Below are positions 35,874 to 48,249 of a DNA stretch of 64,000 nt, piece after piece. Both the position numbers and the translations under genes were made by a program. The notes under the pieces are model-generated. The model saw only the letters and a list, made by a program, of their open reading frames with translations, searched no databases and was not told where the DNA came from. Origin of the DNA: Gekko japonicus (taxonomy: Eukaryota); contig NW_015162478.1 of the NCBI RefSeq assembly GCF_001447785.1, positions 897,685 through 961,684 of the forward strand, given 5' to 3'. Within the stretch, counting starts at the first letter, position 1, and every line of letters starts with the position of its first letter.

Positions 35874-37850
35874 GTCCTGACACACACATCCCAAATATCT
35901 TTTGAATGCTTCTGAGTATCTGATGGGGTGAGCACAATAAATGAAGTAAGTAAATAAATATGTACGGGAATGAAAATATTTTTCCCCACAACCCGTTCCT
36001 CCTTTGGGGGCAGTGTCTTACATTCAGGGACACCCTCCTTTGGGTGAACGCTGGGTGCTGTAAGAACCAGTCACAAATTGTCAAGGAAATCTGTGGCACA
36101 AGAGTGCTGCTGGCCCGCAAGGCTTGAGCTGGGGCTTCTGGGGCTTCAACAGGAGTTGTGAAACTGAAATCTAGCAGGCAAGTTAAGTTGCATGAAAAGT
36201 TGTCTCTGTTTCACTCCGCCCTCCATGTTCCTCACGGTACATCCTAGAGACACCTGGCACAGCCCGGCTTTCTCACCTACACCAACCTCTGACTCCATCC
36301 TATTAGACACCACCCTCTGATCTACCAGACGCCGCCCTTAAACTCCCAGGCTCCACCCTCTGAGTCTTCAGAAGGAAGTTCTGACATAACTAATAATGTC
36401 ATAATAAAAAAACACACAGTATTTAAAAATGCCCTCCCATTACCACAGCCTGGTGCATATAATTAGAATTAAACACCAAGGCATGGAAGGTTTTCTACAG
36501 GGAAGCAACCCTCTAGTTTTGGATGGATTCCTTTTATGCTGAACTACAAACACATCCAAAAGGTCAGGCGGGTTATTTGGGCCTCTAGAATGTACTGGTG
36601 GCCAATGGAACAAGCAAAGAATCAGCTGGGCTATGAATAGCATTCCCATCACCCCACTTATAGCAGTAGACCTCCAGCCCATTGTAGCCCTTGACCACCA
36701 ATGTTCACCCGATCAACAAGTAGACAATGGAGCCAAAGGAGGGGGATTTGTCCTGGGGAGAAAAATTAAAAAGAAAAATAAGGCATAGTCTACTTACAGG
36801 AAGTTCTGACCATAGAATTTCTGGTGATTCCTAGAGCTACCCAAAAGTGACAAGGGTAGGTCTAGCAATCACCAGAAACTCTATGATAAGATTCCCACAG
36901 TTTCTCCCAGGACTTTGTGCCCCCCACAAAAGTCTTTCATCTTCTAACTGTGATTCTTCACCTGCCATGAACTCAGTAAGTGGCCTTCAACAAGCCACAG
37001 TCTCCCCATCTGCAATATGAGGATAGGAATACTGGCTTACCTTTAGTTGCAGGGACTGCGACAAGATAATTTACGTGAAGGACTCTGGAGGACACCCGAA
37101 CAAACGATAACAAATGCTATACTTATTATTATTCCTGCATCCCTCTTGCCCATTTTTTGGAAAATGGCTTGTTGAAAAATAAATGTGCAAGTATGGGAGA
37201 AGAGAGAACTGGCAAGGAGAAAGGCAAGACTAGAAAGAAAAAAGAATCTGAGGAGCTCCAAAGAGGAGAGACGTGTCCACTTCCTCACAATCCCTCTGCC
37301 AGTTGCTAAGATGCTTTTGCTAAACTCCACTGTTTAATGTAGGGCAGCAAGAGCTTCCCAAACTGGTGGTCTGTGAACCCAGACCCTAGTCCCACAGTGA
37401 GCTTTTAAAACTGAGCAGCTAAGGAAGAAGCAGCAGAACGGAAGGAGCTTTTCAAGCAGTAACCAGACAGCAAGGGTCACTCGCATTCCCGCCATCTGTA
37501 CACTGTTTTAGCAAACACAGACGCGAAACAAAAAGCGTTGACTCTTTCCAGCAATGCAGGCCACCAAAGGAGGCCAGGGCCAGCCAGCAGAAACACACTG
37601 TATCATTCCAAAGGGAAGGTTATATAGAAAAACAGCCATGTTAGGTCAGAACAATCATCAATCTAGATTAAACAGTGTGCCTCTGAGACTAGGCACTGCC
37701 AGATGCTTTGGAAGATGTTAGTAAAAAAAAGAGATATCTGTGCACACACCCAAATGGGAAGAAAAAGCATCACGGGGAGGGGGAAGGTGTGCAACTATTC
37801 TGTGTGTTCCAGCCCAAGACATGCACAGCCATGCAGTTCCATTGCTTGTT

Positions 37851-38046
37851 CTGATGCTGGGAAAGACTGAAGGTCAAAGACGAAGGGGATGGCAAAGGAT
37901 GAGATGGTTAGACAGTGTTATCGATGCAACGAACATGAAATTAAGCAAACTCCGGAGCACGACGGAAGACAGGAGGGCCTGGCGTGATGTGGTCCATGGC
38001 GTCGCGAAGAGTCAGACTCGACTGTGCGACTGAACAACAACTACAA
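37851..38046 (+). mobile_element. BovB LINE short 3' fragment
   Basis: LMLGKTEGQRRRGWQRMRWLDSVIDATNMKLSKLR...CD-stop; (CAA)n tail. Confidence 0.92.
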
Positions 38047-38489
38047 TGCACACAAGGGAAAGGATGCATAACACATTGGCTTAGTCCCTATGTCTTCCAT
38101 TGGTAGAAGACTCTTCCGCCGATGGAAAACATAGGAGAGGAGAGAGATTCTTCCCCAATTTTGCTCTCCGGCTGAAGACCTCTATTTTGCCCCTACCTGG
38201 TTCTGGGGGATCCACCCACTTCCAAGAGCACAACTGCCAAGTTGCCACAGAAGGAGAGCTTGGAAATTTTGTCTTCAAAAAGCACCAATCTGTTCGCACT
38301 CAATAGGATCCAACCCATTGGTTAAGCTAGTGGCATCCACATTACATGGGCGCTCACTGTAAACATATTTATTATTTATTTCTTAAATACTATTCCTTGA
38401 CTTTCTATATTGTCCTCAATTTGTTTTGCAAAACTGAAGCCAAACTGCAACAGTTAACACCTGTGGGTTTTTGTTTTTCTTCATCTGTA

Positions 38490-38692
38490 CCCTTTCTTCC
38501 CAATGGGGGACCCAAAGAAGCTTAATCTCATCCCTCACTCATCCATTTTATCCTCACAACAACAACCCTGTTTGGTAGTTTAGGCTGAGTGTATGTGATT
38601 GACCCAAGGTCACCCAGCAAACTTTCACAGCAGAGTAGGGATTTGAACCTGGGTCTCCCAGCTTTTAGTTCAACACTTTAACAACTACCCCA
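38490..38692 (-). mobile_element. Old MIR/CORE-like SINE
   Basis: ttttatcctcacaacaacaaccctg...ggatttgaacctgggtctccca. Confidence 0.65.
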
Positions 38693-38710
38693 CTTCTGAA
38701 GCAGGCAAAT

Positions 38711-38918
38711 CAATGCTCCCTCTAAACTGTGGAGTCTTGTGAGCAAAAATTTTACTTTGTGAGCTACTGTCATTATAAAGTTGTGAGCAAGCAATTTGGC
38801 TACTGCATACATTAGTTTGCTCTGGAGCCATCCTTCCTGAGCGAAGACAAAAATCTGTGAGCTGGAGGCTAAAAAACTGTGAGCTAGCTCACACTAACTC
38901 AGCTTAGAGGGAACACTG
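38711..38918. mobile_element. hAT MITE, CAGTGTTCCCTCTAAG family, copy 6 (inverted, no TSD)
   Basis: Both TIRs present; flanks aggcaaat and ctgtacat do not match. Confidence 0.93.
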
Positions 38919-39367
38919 CTGTACATGTACGTGCGCATGAAAGAGAGAGTGCAAGTGCACTTTGCATGTGTTTCTGACACAGCATATCAGCTCTGGTTCT
39001 GTCCTTGCCACGCTGTGTCTAGTTGTTAACACCAAAGGACACTTTCACAGAGCCTGTGGGGTTACTCCTGGTTTTTTTGGAGTAACTGTCTGTGGCTGGG
39101 TACAGCAGCTGTTTCATGTTTGATCAAGGGGGACGATGGACATTGCAGGCTCGCCCCACCCCCTAATGAGAGACTCATTTTGTGATTATTAAAATACTTC
39201 CCAGAGCATGGTAGATCTACTTCGCATCAGCATAAAAAGTAAATCAGGGGGGAAAGTCCATTATCCACACAGGACATTCTAGATCAAACACAAAGAAAAG
39301 GTAGAGGATTAAAAAAAAATTACATATATAAAAGCTGACTTCTTTGCCATCTATGTCATTGTTACTT

Positions 39368-39408
39368 GTAACCATAGAAACCACATCCTGCCTTGCTGCT
39401 ATGGCAAC
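39368..39408. promoter_or_regulatory. Paired RFX X-box-like motifs
   Basis: GTAACCATAGAAAC (39368-39381) and GCTGCTATGGCAAC (39395-39408) in non-repetitive DNA. Confidence 0.35.
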
Positions 39409-39602
39409 ATTGCAGTATCTTTTTTTCCTTCTCTCTCTCCCCCCTCCCTTTCTCTTTTCAAACAATGACCCAAAGAGACAGGTTATTTTTGGACAAGACC
39501 TATTCAGACATTAAAAATGCCACAACTTCCAACCTGTGCATGCAATTAGCGATGACACCTTGCACTTGTCCTGTAAAAACTTTTTTTTAAAAAAAAAAGA
39601 GG

Positions 39603-39647
39603 NNNNNNNNNNNNNNNNNNNNNNNNNNNNNNNNNNNNNNNNNNNNN
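39603..39647. other. Assembly gap
   Basis: N run. Confidence 1.
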
Positions 39648-39881
39648 AGTTAAGGCCTGTCTACGTCTCGGAGATAAACCCATTCAAACCCCACTGCTTC
39701 CCCCTGTGAGAACCAACTGTTATGGCTCTCCCACGGACTCTTAAGGATTATGCCCTCTGGTTGACCAGCAGCGGCTTTCAGTCTGGGGGATCCTGAAGTC
39801 ATTTGGTAGCACATAAAGCCCTTTATAATGGGAAAGGGAATAACAGCAGAGAAGATTCTCAAGAAGGCAGATTATTTAGAC

Positions 39882-41362
39882 CAGAGGCGTCAAACTCTTT
39901 TGTTATGAGAGCCAGATCTGCCACAAATGTCATTTTGTTGAGCCGGGCCATGGGTGCCATCAGGGGTCATTTCGTAGAAAAAGAGGTGCAGGAGCTCATT
40001 AGCATAACTCATTTGCATAAATCATTTGCATATGCCACACACCCCTGACATCACCGGAAGTGTGTCAGAAGGCAACACCCACCGCTCAGGCTCCACTGGA
40101 CTGTTTTGGATTGCTAGCGATTTGGGGGGGGACACCAGCAGATCTGTCCGCACTGAGGAGGGAGAGCTTGTACCTGAATAAAACCTGGTCTTAAAGGTGC
40201 CACTGGACTGTTTTGGACCGGGCAGCCGGGGGGGGGGGGCTCTGCAACTTACCTGGCTGCTTCTTGCTCTGACTGAGGGCTGCTGGGAGCAGGGAGTGGG
40301 GCTTGTTGCATGTGCCCGCCCCCTGGGCTCTTTACTGCCGGAGCTCCGCTCCTATGCGCTCCTGCAGGAAATGACCCCTGGGTGCCATAAAACTTAATGC
40401 CATGTACTGGAGATATAAACTTTATAAAGGAAAGCAACTGATAAGCTCCGAGTTGGTGTGTCCTCACTGCACGGCCCCATGGGATGGGAGGGGGGTGCAG
40501 AGGAAAATCCACATGGGTGGACTAGGGACCTAGCAGTGCAGCACTGGGCAGACACTCCCATGCCGGAAGAGGAAGAGAAAGAGGAGGAAGAAGAGGAAGG
40601 AGGAGGAGGAGGAGATTAGATTTATACCCTGTCCTTCACTTGGAGCCTCAGAGCGGCTTACAAACCCTGTGAGGTAGGTGGGGCTGAGGGAGCTCTGACA
40701 CAAACTGCTCTTTTTCAAGGACAGCTGTGCCAGAGCTTGTGACTGACCCAAGGTCACATCAGCAGGTGCAAGTGGAGGAGTGGGGAATCAAACCTGGTTC
40801 TCCCAGATTAGAGTCCACACACTTAACCACTACACCAAACATGCCGGAAGAGGAAGAAGAGGAGGAGGAGATTGGATTTATACCCCGCCCTTCACTACCC
40901 AAGGGAGTCTCAGAGCAGTTTACAAACTCCTTTCCCTTCCCCTCCCCACAACAGACACCCTATGAGGTAGGTGGGGCTGAGAGAGCTCTGATAGAAACTG
41001 CTCTTTTTCAAGAACAGCTCTGACAGAACTATGACTTGCTCAAGGTCATCAAGCAGCTGCAAGTGGAGGAGTGGGGAATCGAACCCAGTTCTCCCAGATT
41101 AGAGTCCGCGCACTTAACCACTACACCAAACTGGCTGCAGCGGCTCCCAACTTACCAGTGAGGCTGTCCCTGAAGGGAACAGGTTCTGCATGACTGCTGC
41201 AGATGAGGCTGTTCTGCCGTGCTGAAGCCACAATCGGAATGGCTCCACCCACCCACCCCTGAGCAGCTTCTTGTTCCCTCCCTTGCACCAGTTGCTCACG
41301 GGCCGCACAGCAGCTCTGGATGGGCCGATTCCGGCCCCCAGGCCTTATGTTTGACACCCCTG
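39882..41362. mobile_element. Non-autonomous hAT-Charlie-type element with nested insertions
   Basis: TIR cagaggcgtcaaac/gtttgacacccctg; TSD atttagac/atttagat with central TA. Confidence 0.85.
40577..41136 (-). mobile_element. Head-to-tail pair of Squam3-like SINEs
   Basis: Copies at ~40577-40840 and ~40846-41136; 18-bp duplication catgccggaagaggaaga at 40559-40576 and 40840-40857. Confidence 0.9.
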
Positions 41363-42096
41363 ATTTAGATATTCGTATTCCACTTTTCTTGGGACCCAAA
41401 GCAGCTTACAACATTCATTCTCCTCTCTTCTATTTTACTTGCACAACAACAACCCTGTGAGTTGGTTGGGATGAAAGAGAGCAAGTGGCCCACGGCCATA
41501 AAGCAAGCTTCTTTGGCAGAGACTTGAACTTGGGGCTCCCAGAACCTAATGAGGCACTATAAGCACTGCACCAAGCTGGCTCTCAGTCTGCCTCTGCCAG
41601 CCACTACTGACCCCCACCCCAGTCACAGGAGACTGGGAAGTGTGCACATACATGTGCTGCCACTTCATACGGGCGATGCTAGGGCCCAGTGCTTCATGGG
41701 AACTGCTTGTGCCCTCCAAACATGCTCCAAAATCCCCTACTATTACTACTACTACACCACACGGAAACACACAGAGTGCTTTCAGCCACAAAAGAACTAA
41801 GGAGCATTCTAGGGCAATGAGACATAAAATATAGGAAATTCTCTACACACTGGCTATCTGGGAGAAAAGTCTGGCTTTCTTCACTGAAGTGCTCATTTTC
41901 TACACACAGGGATTCAAGCGTGCAGTTCCTCTACGGGCATTCTGAAGGACTGCGGTCCAGAAACGTTTTGCCCTGCCCTGAGTTGTCTGGCTAGCAGCAC
42001 CTGGTAATCAAAGGGCTCAGCCTTCCCTTCCAGGCCACCCTCAGCAAGCCTACAACAGTATCTCCAATACCAAAAATTCCCCTTTGGGCAACTGAA

Positions 42097-42256
42097 GCTG
42101 TGGCTAGAGACAGAGCATCTGCTTGGCACACGGAAGGTCCCAGGTTCAATCCCTAGCATTGCCAGTTGAAAGCCTCAGGTAGTAGATGATGTGTAAAACC
42201 TCTGCTTCAGAGCCTGGAGAGCCACTGCCAGTCTGAGTAGACAATCCTGGCCTTGA
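42097..42256 (+). mobile_element. tRNA-headed SINE with CR1-like tail
   Basis: agagcatctgcttggcacacggaaggtcccaggttcaatccctagca. Confidence 0.78.
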
Positions 42257-44687
42257 AATATGAAAATTCTCAGGAGAATGTAACATCAGACCTTACCGGA
42301 AGGTTCCTTCTCTTCAGTGGAGCGAAGTCATCTAAGGCAGCTTCAGGTGTCAGTCTGCAGAACTGCTTTGTGCCCCTCTTCAGCACCCCCATCCCTGCCC
42401 ATTTCACGGACGGAGGTGTTTCGTGCACCTCAGCCAATCACTCCTATTTTTGCTTGCATCTGGCTTATGCAGGTGAGTGAGATGTGGATAGTAAAGGGAA
42501 GGATCTAACAAAGCCCCTATTGCTGGACCTACGACAACCAGTTTGTGACTGGACCCATCCTCCCCAAGGCAGCCATTTTGCAGCAGTGCCCATTCCCCAT
42601 TTGCAAAACTCCAAAACTTCCCAGAGTCAACAAGACCCCTGGTATAGAGACACGCCTATGTGATACTTTGGGTTGCCAGCACTGACTCAGCAAATGCCAA
42701 GAAATTTTGGTGGCGTTGTCTGAGGATGGTGGAGTTTAGGGAGTATGGGACATCGCTTCCAGGTGATGCTCTAGGAATTTCCCTTAATCTCTATGATAAA
42801 GACCATATAAACACGGGGAAACTCCTAGAGCATCACCATAGAGGCCATTTTCTGGCCCTTTTTTTCCTCCATTCCTCTGTTTCTTGATGGTGGGCAAATG
42901 GCCGGTCTGGTGATACTGCAGAATGAAAGAATGTGCAGACGGCAGCACACACTAGAATACACAAGTTCAAGACCGGGTCTTGACTTCCTGCAGCCTTACC
43001 AAAAAGTTTGACAAGCAACCAGTGAATCTGACGGCCAATCCATCTCAACATGGCCCCAAATGGACTCAGTACTTCCTTATGTATTCAGTGCATATTGAAC
43101 TTCTGAGAAGGCATATACAAGCATAGATGATGCCTAGATAAGAATGGCATGTTTTGCTGCCCCGGAGATAGTAAAGCTGCTAAAGTAAGAAGAGAATGGA
43201 GGACACAGATAGTCCTCTTCCTTCATAACAGAAACTGTGACCCAGACTGCTAGTCCAAGAACCATGGGGTTTATGGCAACCTTACACCAGGGTCATTCTC
43301 TCTGCAGAAGATTCATAGCTGTATTGTTGGCCAGCCTGGATGTTCTTCCACCTTTGCAAGGCAGGCCCAAGTTTGCATGCTAAGGCATCTGAATGAATGA
43401 AACGACAAAGGAAACGCCAGTGGAAGGGAAGTGACGATTTGGCATGACTCATCGCAAAAGGCTGAGCAGTTCAGTCAGCAAAAAGGAAATAAAACTGCCT
43501 TCGCCCAAATGTAATGAAAACCCAACCGATTCTGCTCCTGCCATTAACAGCTCACTGGTTCGATGCCTAATTGTTTTAAATGCACTCTCCGTGGCACACC
43601 AAGTTCAAGCTCTGGTCATTACGCTTTGCTAATGACTCATAAATTCTTAAGTCATGTTGTTCTTGTCATGTGCTTTTGCATAATTACCTCTTTTCCCAGA
43701 GAGCGCACCCTTTCTCTGTGCAGCCTTCTGGGCATATGAGGAATGCTGCCTCAGCATTTTCTCATTTGGAGGGGGGGCAGAATCCAGATTTGGTTTTCAC
43801 GCGGACAAGAGGCCTGTTGTTTAACACACTCTGTGAAAAACAGACCACCTGTTCCTCACTGGGCACATCTTCCCACCCTGGAATCCACAGGAAGGCAGTT
43901 AGCAGCATGATGCGCAGGGTATAAACAATGACAAATCTACGCAGCAGAGAAAAAGGGCCAGAAGTGCTTTGGGGGGAAGAACATTTTCAAGGCTGCTGCT
44001 ACCTTCAGGAGAGATCATTTCACACGGCACCCTGCTACAACAGAGGCGCATGTTTGTTTTAATTTCCCTCATGCCTCTTTCAATGCAACACGGCAGTGCT
44101 GTGTCAGTAACAGAGGCAGATAAGATGACAGATGTGAGCTAGATTTGGGTGTCGGCTTACAATTGGCTTCGGCAGTTCTGGAGGAGAGCAAACAGTGATA
44201 GTCTCCTCTTTGCAGTGGGGCTCTTCTTGAATCCCGATTCCCTTGGAGACAGAGGGGAAGGGGGAAGGCAGAAGACCCGGACCTGATGCCTCTCTTTTGC
44301 AAGTCCAAAGGAACAAAAGTCAGAGTTATTATTCAAATAATTTGCCTTAAAAAAATAAAAAATGTTAAAAAATATTTGCTTAGACATTCTGTTAATTGCC
44401 TGGCAACCTCATGCCCTCGTTTTTACACTTATTAACTGCCACAACTTGATTATATTGATTATATATATCAACTAAATATTTTATTTGTGTGTTAAGCTTG
44501 CTGGCGGTAATTCTCTGCATCCATTGAAAAAAAGTTTTCTTGTACCAAAGCTGTTCTTACAGAATTTTTTACTCTGCTGTTCTGAAAAGGTTTTGTTTGT
44601 GTAAAACACTTTATGGTGGTACTGTATACAGGGGTTTATTCTGTATATTTATTTATTTGATTTTGCAAATCTCTTCAGGTGTTCAGA

Positions 44688-45390
44688 GAATCCAATGAAG
44701 CTGATCAACAGAAGATTCAGGATGGACTTTACACACAGAGTGGTCAAAATGTGGTATTCACTGCCAGAGTATTTAGTGACGGCCGTGGGAATAGACAGCT
44801 TTAAAGGGGGACTAGATAGATTCGTAGGAGCTGCGGTGGCTCAAGTGGTTAAGACGCTGAACTGCAGGCTGTGGAAGGTCAGTAGTTCAGCAGTTCGAGA
44901 CCCGAGTTGCCGCATGATGGAGTGAGCGCCCGTCTCTAGTTCCAGCTCCTGCCAACCTAGCAGTTCGAAAGCAAGAAATTGCAAGTAGATAAATAGGTAC
45001 CACTTCGGTGGGAAGGTAACAGCGTTCCGTGCGCCTCAGTGTTTAGTCATGCCGGCCACATGACCACCGAAACGTCTTCGGACAGCGCTGGCTCTTCGGC
45101 TTTGAAACGAAGATGAGCACCGCAACCCTAGAGTCGGATTCGACTGGCTTTCGAGCAAGGGAACCTTTACCTTTACTAGATAAGATTCGTGGAAGATTGA
45201 GAGGAACCCCACGTTCAGAGGCAGTCAACCTCTGAATACCAAGCCCAGGAGGCAACATCAAGGAAAGGCCTCAGCCTCTATGCCCTGTTGTTCACCCTCC
45301 AGAGGAACTGGTTGGCCATTATGTGAGAAAGGATGCTGGACTAGATGGACCACTGATCTGATCCAGTAGGGCTTTTCATATGTTCTTATG
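44688..45390 (+). mobile_element. CR1 LINE 3' fragment interrupted by a Sauria SINE
   Basis: MKL..RFR..FTHRVVKMWYSLP..V.A..IDSFKGGLDRF; CR1 3' end ctagatggacc...ttcttatg. Confidence 0.88.
44827..45174 (+). mobile_element. Sauria SINE, full length
   Basis: (ACCTTT)n tail; TSD actagata(a)gattcgt at 44811-44825 and 45175-45190. Confidence 0.95.
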
Positions 45391-46062
45391 TAATGTGGCT
45401 AGTAAGTCCTAACAGTGCTAAATAATAATCTTATGATGGCCCATTTCTCAGTCTATGCTATTTGACTCATGATGAATGGACCACATTCCTCCAGACCCAC
45501 TGTCTAAACCAAGCCTCAGACTGCATGGCCTGCCAACCTGAATCTATGCATTATCGTCCATTAGGCACTTGAGAATCCCACTATTTGTTGCTGTTCCAGG
45601 CAGGAACCAGATCCAAGAAGTTCATCTAATCACTCGGGTCGGTCTGCAGCACTTAAGTTGTCTAAGCTTGCCCTAAACCTACCTCAGAGTAAACCAAACC
45701 ACTTTGTGATGACACAGCTTGGAAGCTGGCCTAATGACAGAGGGTAAGCTAATGAAATTGCTCAACCTGAGCTGCTGAGAAGATCAATTCTATAGAAACA
45801 GAAGCACGTTGGATAGCACCCCTAGCTCCTCCAATAGTAAGCTAAGGAGCAGAGGACTAGATCAGAACTGACAAACTTGCAACTGAAACCAGCCATTTTG
45901 AGAAGAGGAGCTTGCAAAGCATACAAGATGGTTGGGTAACATCCTCTCAGCCAGACCTACCTCACAGGGTTGTTGTGAAGATAAAATAGAGGAGAGCAAT
46001 ATGAACTACTTTGGGTCCCCTTTGAGGAGAAAGCAGGGCCATACATGAAGTAAAGATAAACT

Positions 46063-46356
46063 GTTTGGTGTAGTGGTTTGGTGTAGTGGTTAAGTGCGCG
46101 GACTCTAATCTGGGAGAACCAGGTTTGATTCCCCCCTCCTCCACTTGCACCTGGCTGGATGGCCTTGGGCAAGCCGTAGTTCTGATAAGAGCTGTTCTTG
46201 AAAAAGAGCAGTTTCTGTCACGAGCTCTCTCAGTCCCACCTACCTCACAGGGTGTCTGTTGTGGGGAGGGGAAGGGAAAGGAGTTTGGAAGCCACTCTGA
46301 GACACCTTTGGGTAGTGAAGGGCGAGGTATAAATCCAATCTCCTCTCTCTTCTTCT
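46063..46356 (+). mobile_element. Squam3-like SINE
   Basis: gtttggtgtagtggttaagtgcgcggactctaatctgggagaaccagg; (TTC)-type tail. Confidence 0.9.
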
Positions 46357-46373
46357 TAAACAAAACAGTCATT

Positions 46374-46502
46374 GGTTGCGGTCAGAAACACTAAATAACT
46401 CACTTTCAGTACACTTTCCAATTGGATTTTACCGTGTGAACTGGCAAAATCCAGTTGGAAAGTACATTGGAAGTGGACTATTTAGTGTGTGTGACCGCAG
46501 CT
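46374..46502. mobile_element. Short palindromic MITE (Harbinger-like)
   Basis: gcggtcagaaacactaaata...tatttagtgtgtgtgaccgc; near full-length hairpin. Confidence 0.7.
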
Positions 46503-46515
46503 AATATGTGGTGTA

Positions 46516-46867
46516 AGTAAAGGTAAAGGTTCCCTTGCTCGAAAGCCAGTCGAATCCGACTCTAGGGGTTGCGGTGCTCATCTCCGTTTCAAAGCCGAAG
46601 AGCCAGCGCTGTCCGAAGACGTTTCTGTGGTCATGTGGCCGGCATGACTAAACACCAAGGTGCACGGAACGCTGTTCCCTTCCCACTGAAGTGGTCCCTA
46701 TTTATCTACTTGCAATTTCTTGCTTTCGAACTGCTAGGTTGGCAGGAGCTGGAACTAGAGACGGGAGCTCACTCCGTCATGCGGCAACTCGGGTCTCGAA
46801 CTGCTGAACAACTGACCTTCCACAGCCTGCAGTTCAGCGTCTTAAGCACTTGAGCCACCGCAGCTCC
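46516..46867 (-). mobile_element. Sauria SINE, full length
   Basis: TSD aatatgtggtgta at 46503-46515 and 46870-46882. Confidence 0.95.
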
Positions 46868-48249
46868 TCAATATGTGGTGTAGCTGATTGTATTTTTAAA
46901 TGGGTATCTGGCAATATTACTCATATTAATTAATCATATTAATTAACACTACTCAACATTCCTATACCACATTCAATAGTTTTAAATACACTTTTTTGCA
47001 ATCTTTAAACAATGCTAAAAGTTTGGTCAATATATTAGCCCCAATCTACAGCTGTGCAACTGAGACCGTGCATCCTAAACTGAAGTCAGCGAGCGTAAAG
47101 GAGTTTAACTCTGCTTATGATCGCACCACTGTTTAGTTCAACAATTTGTTATCGATTTATAGCTTTTCTTTTCTTTTTTTTGCTTTATTAGCCAACAAAT
47201 AGCGACTTGCTCTATGCTTCTTAGGTCACTAGGAAGTGAGATCACAGCAGAAGTCAGATCCAGCCAGGGAACTTGCCAATTTGTAGTTCGGGCTTTCAGT
47301 CGCTGCACTGATTTTGTTATTCTTCCAATGACCCATTTCTATTCTTACAGGTGCTTTGACCTGAACTGCACCTTGTTTTTCAAGACAGATAATCAATAAC
47401 ATATTAAGGTGGGGGGGAACCCAACTATGACTTGCTAAGCTTGGGGAAATTGCTTTCACAGCTGATCCGAATATGCCCTTGTTCCGCTCAGCTCCTGGTC
47501 AGCCTCTCTCTGCTGGGGTTCTCAAACTCCAATAGTTCCTAGTGGGGTTTAAGGACATGGACGTCCTTTAACATCACCTGAGATCTTGCACGATCTGAGC
47601 CCCCTCCCCCCGCCCAAAATAGACAAACAGGCAGCATTTCCAACATAAACCTGTCTGTCAATGAAGCCGTTCAGTTGTTTTCCGCAGGGTAATGGCCTCA
47701 CGCTTTATTCCTCTGCCAAAAGCTAAGCATGGGCATTTGCAGGATTCTGCGATCATATTACATGAGGGCCTTACAGGACAGGAATATACTGGATGCAGCT
47801 GATTTCTTGATCTGAGTTTTTTTGGCACAGGCTGTGGACCCAGACTATGTTGGAAGGCTCAAGTGCTAAAAACAACACCAGTGGGTCTCCACGTTAAAGC
47901 AAAAAAAAAAAGGCTGCAAGTTCATTCTGCAATAACTGGGAAGAACAAAGATCATGTGTAGGCCACTTCTGGAAACCAACTGGCTTATGTGAACTGCTGG
48001 TTAAAACAGGCAACAGCGAGCGGTCCTAGAATCTCTTCTAAATGACCCACCAAAATAATTAAGCCACTTTACTGCTGCATCATCCCCTTGGGATTGTTAG
48101 GGAGGAGGAAGTACATGCACCTTTCTTTATGCAACACGTATTTGTTGATAATCTGTCACATTGCAATGTGTGCACACGGCAATGCGATTTTCCAAGGACA
48201 AGTGTCTCACGGGTGCACAAGCCAGGAAGTCAGGACTGGCTGAGGCTTC

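Noticed and set aside
22021-38918. Recurring palindromic repeats as a CRISPR-like array
   Set aside because: Eukaryotic DNA; the repeats are dispersed kilobases apart with TIRs and 8-bp TSDs.
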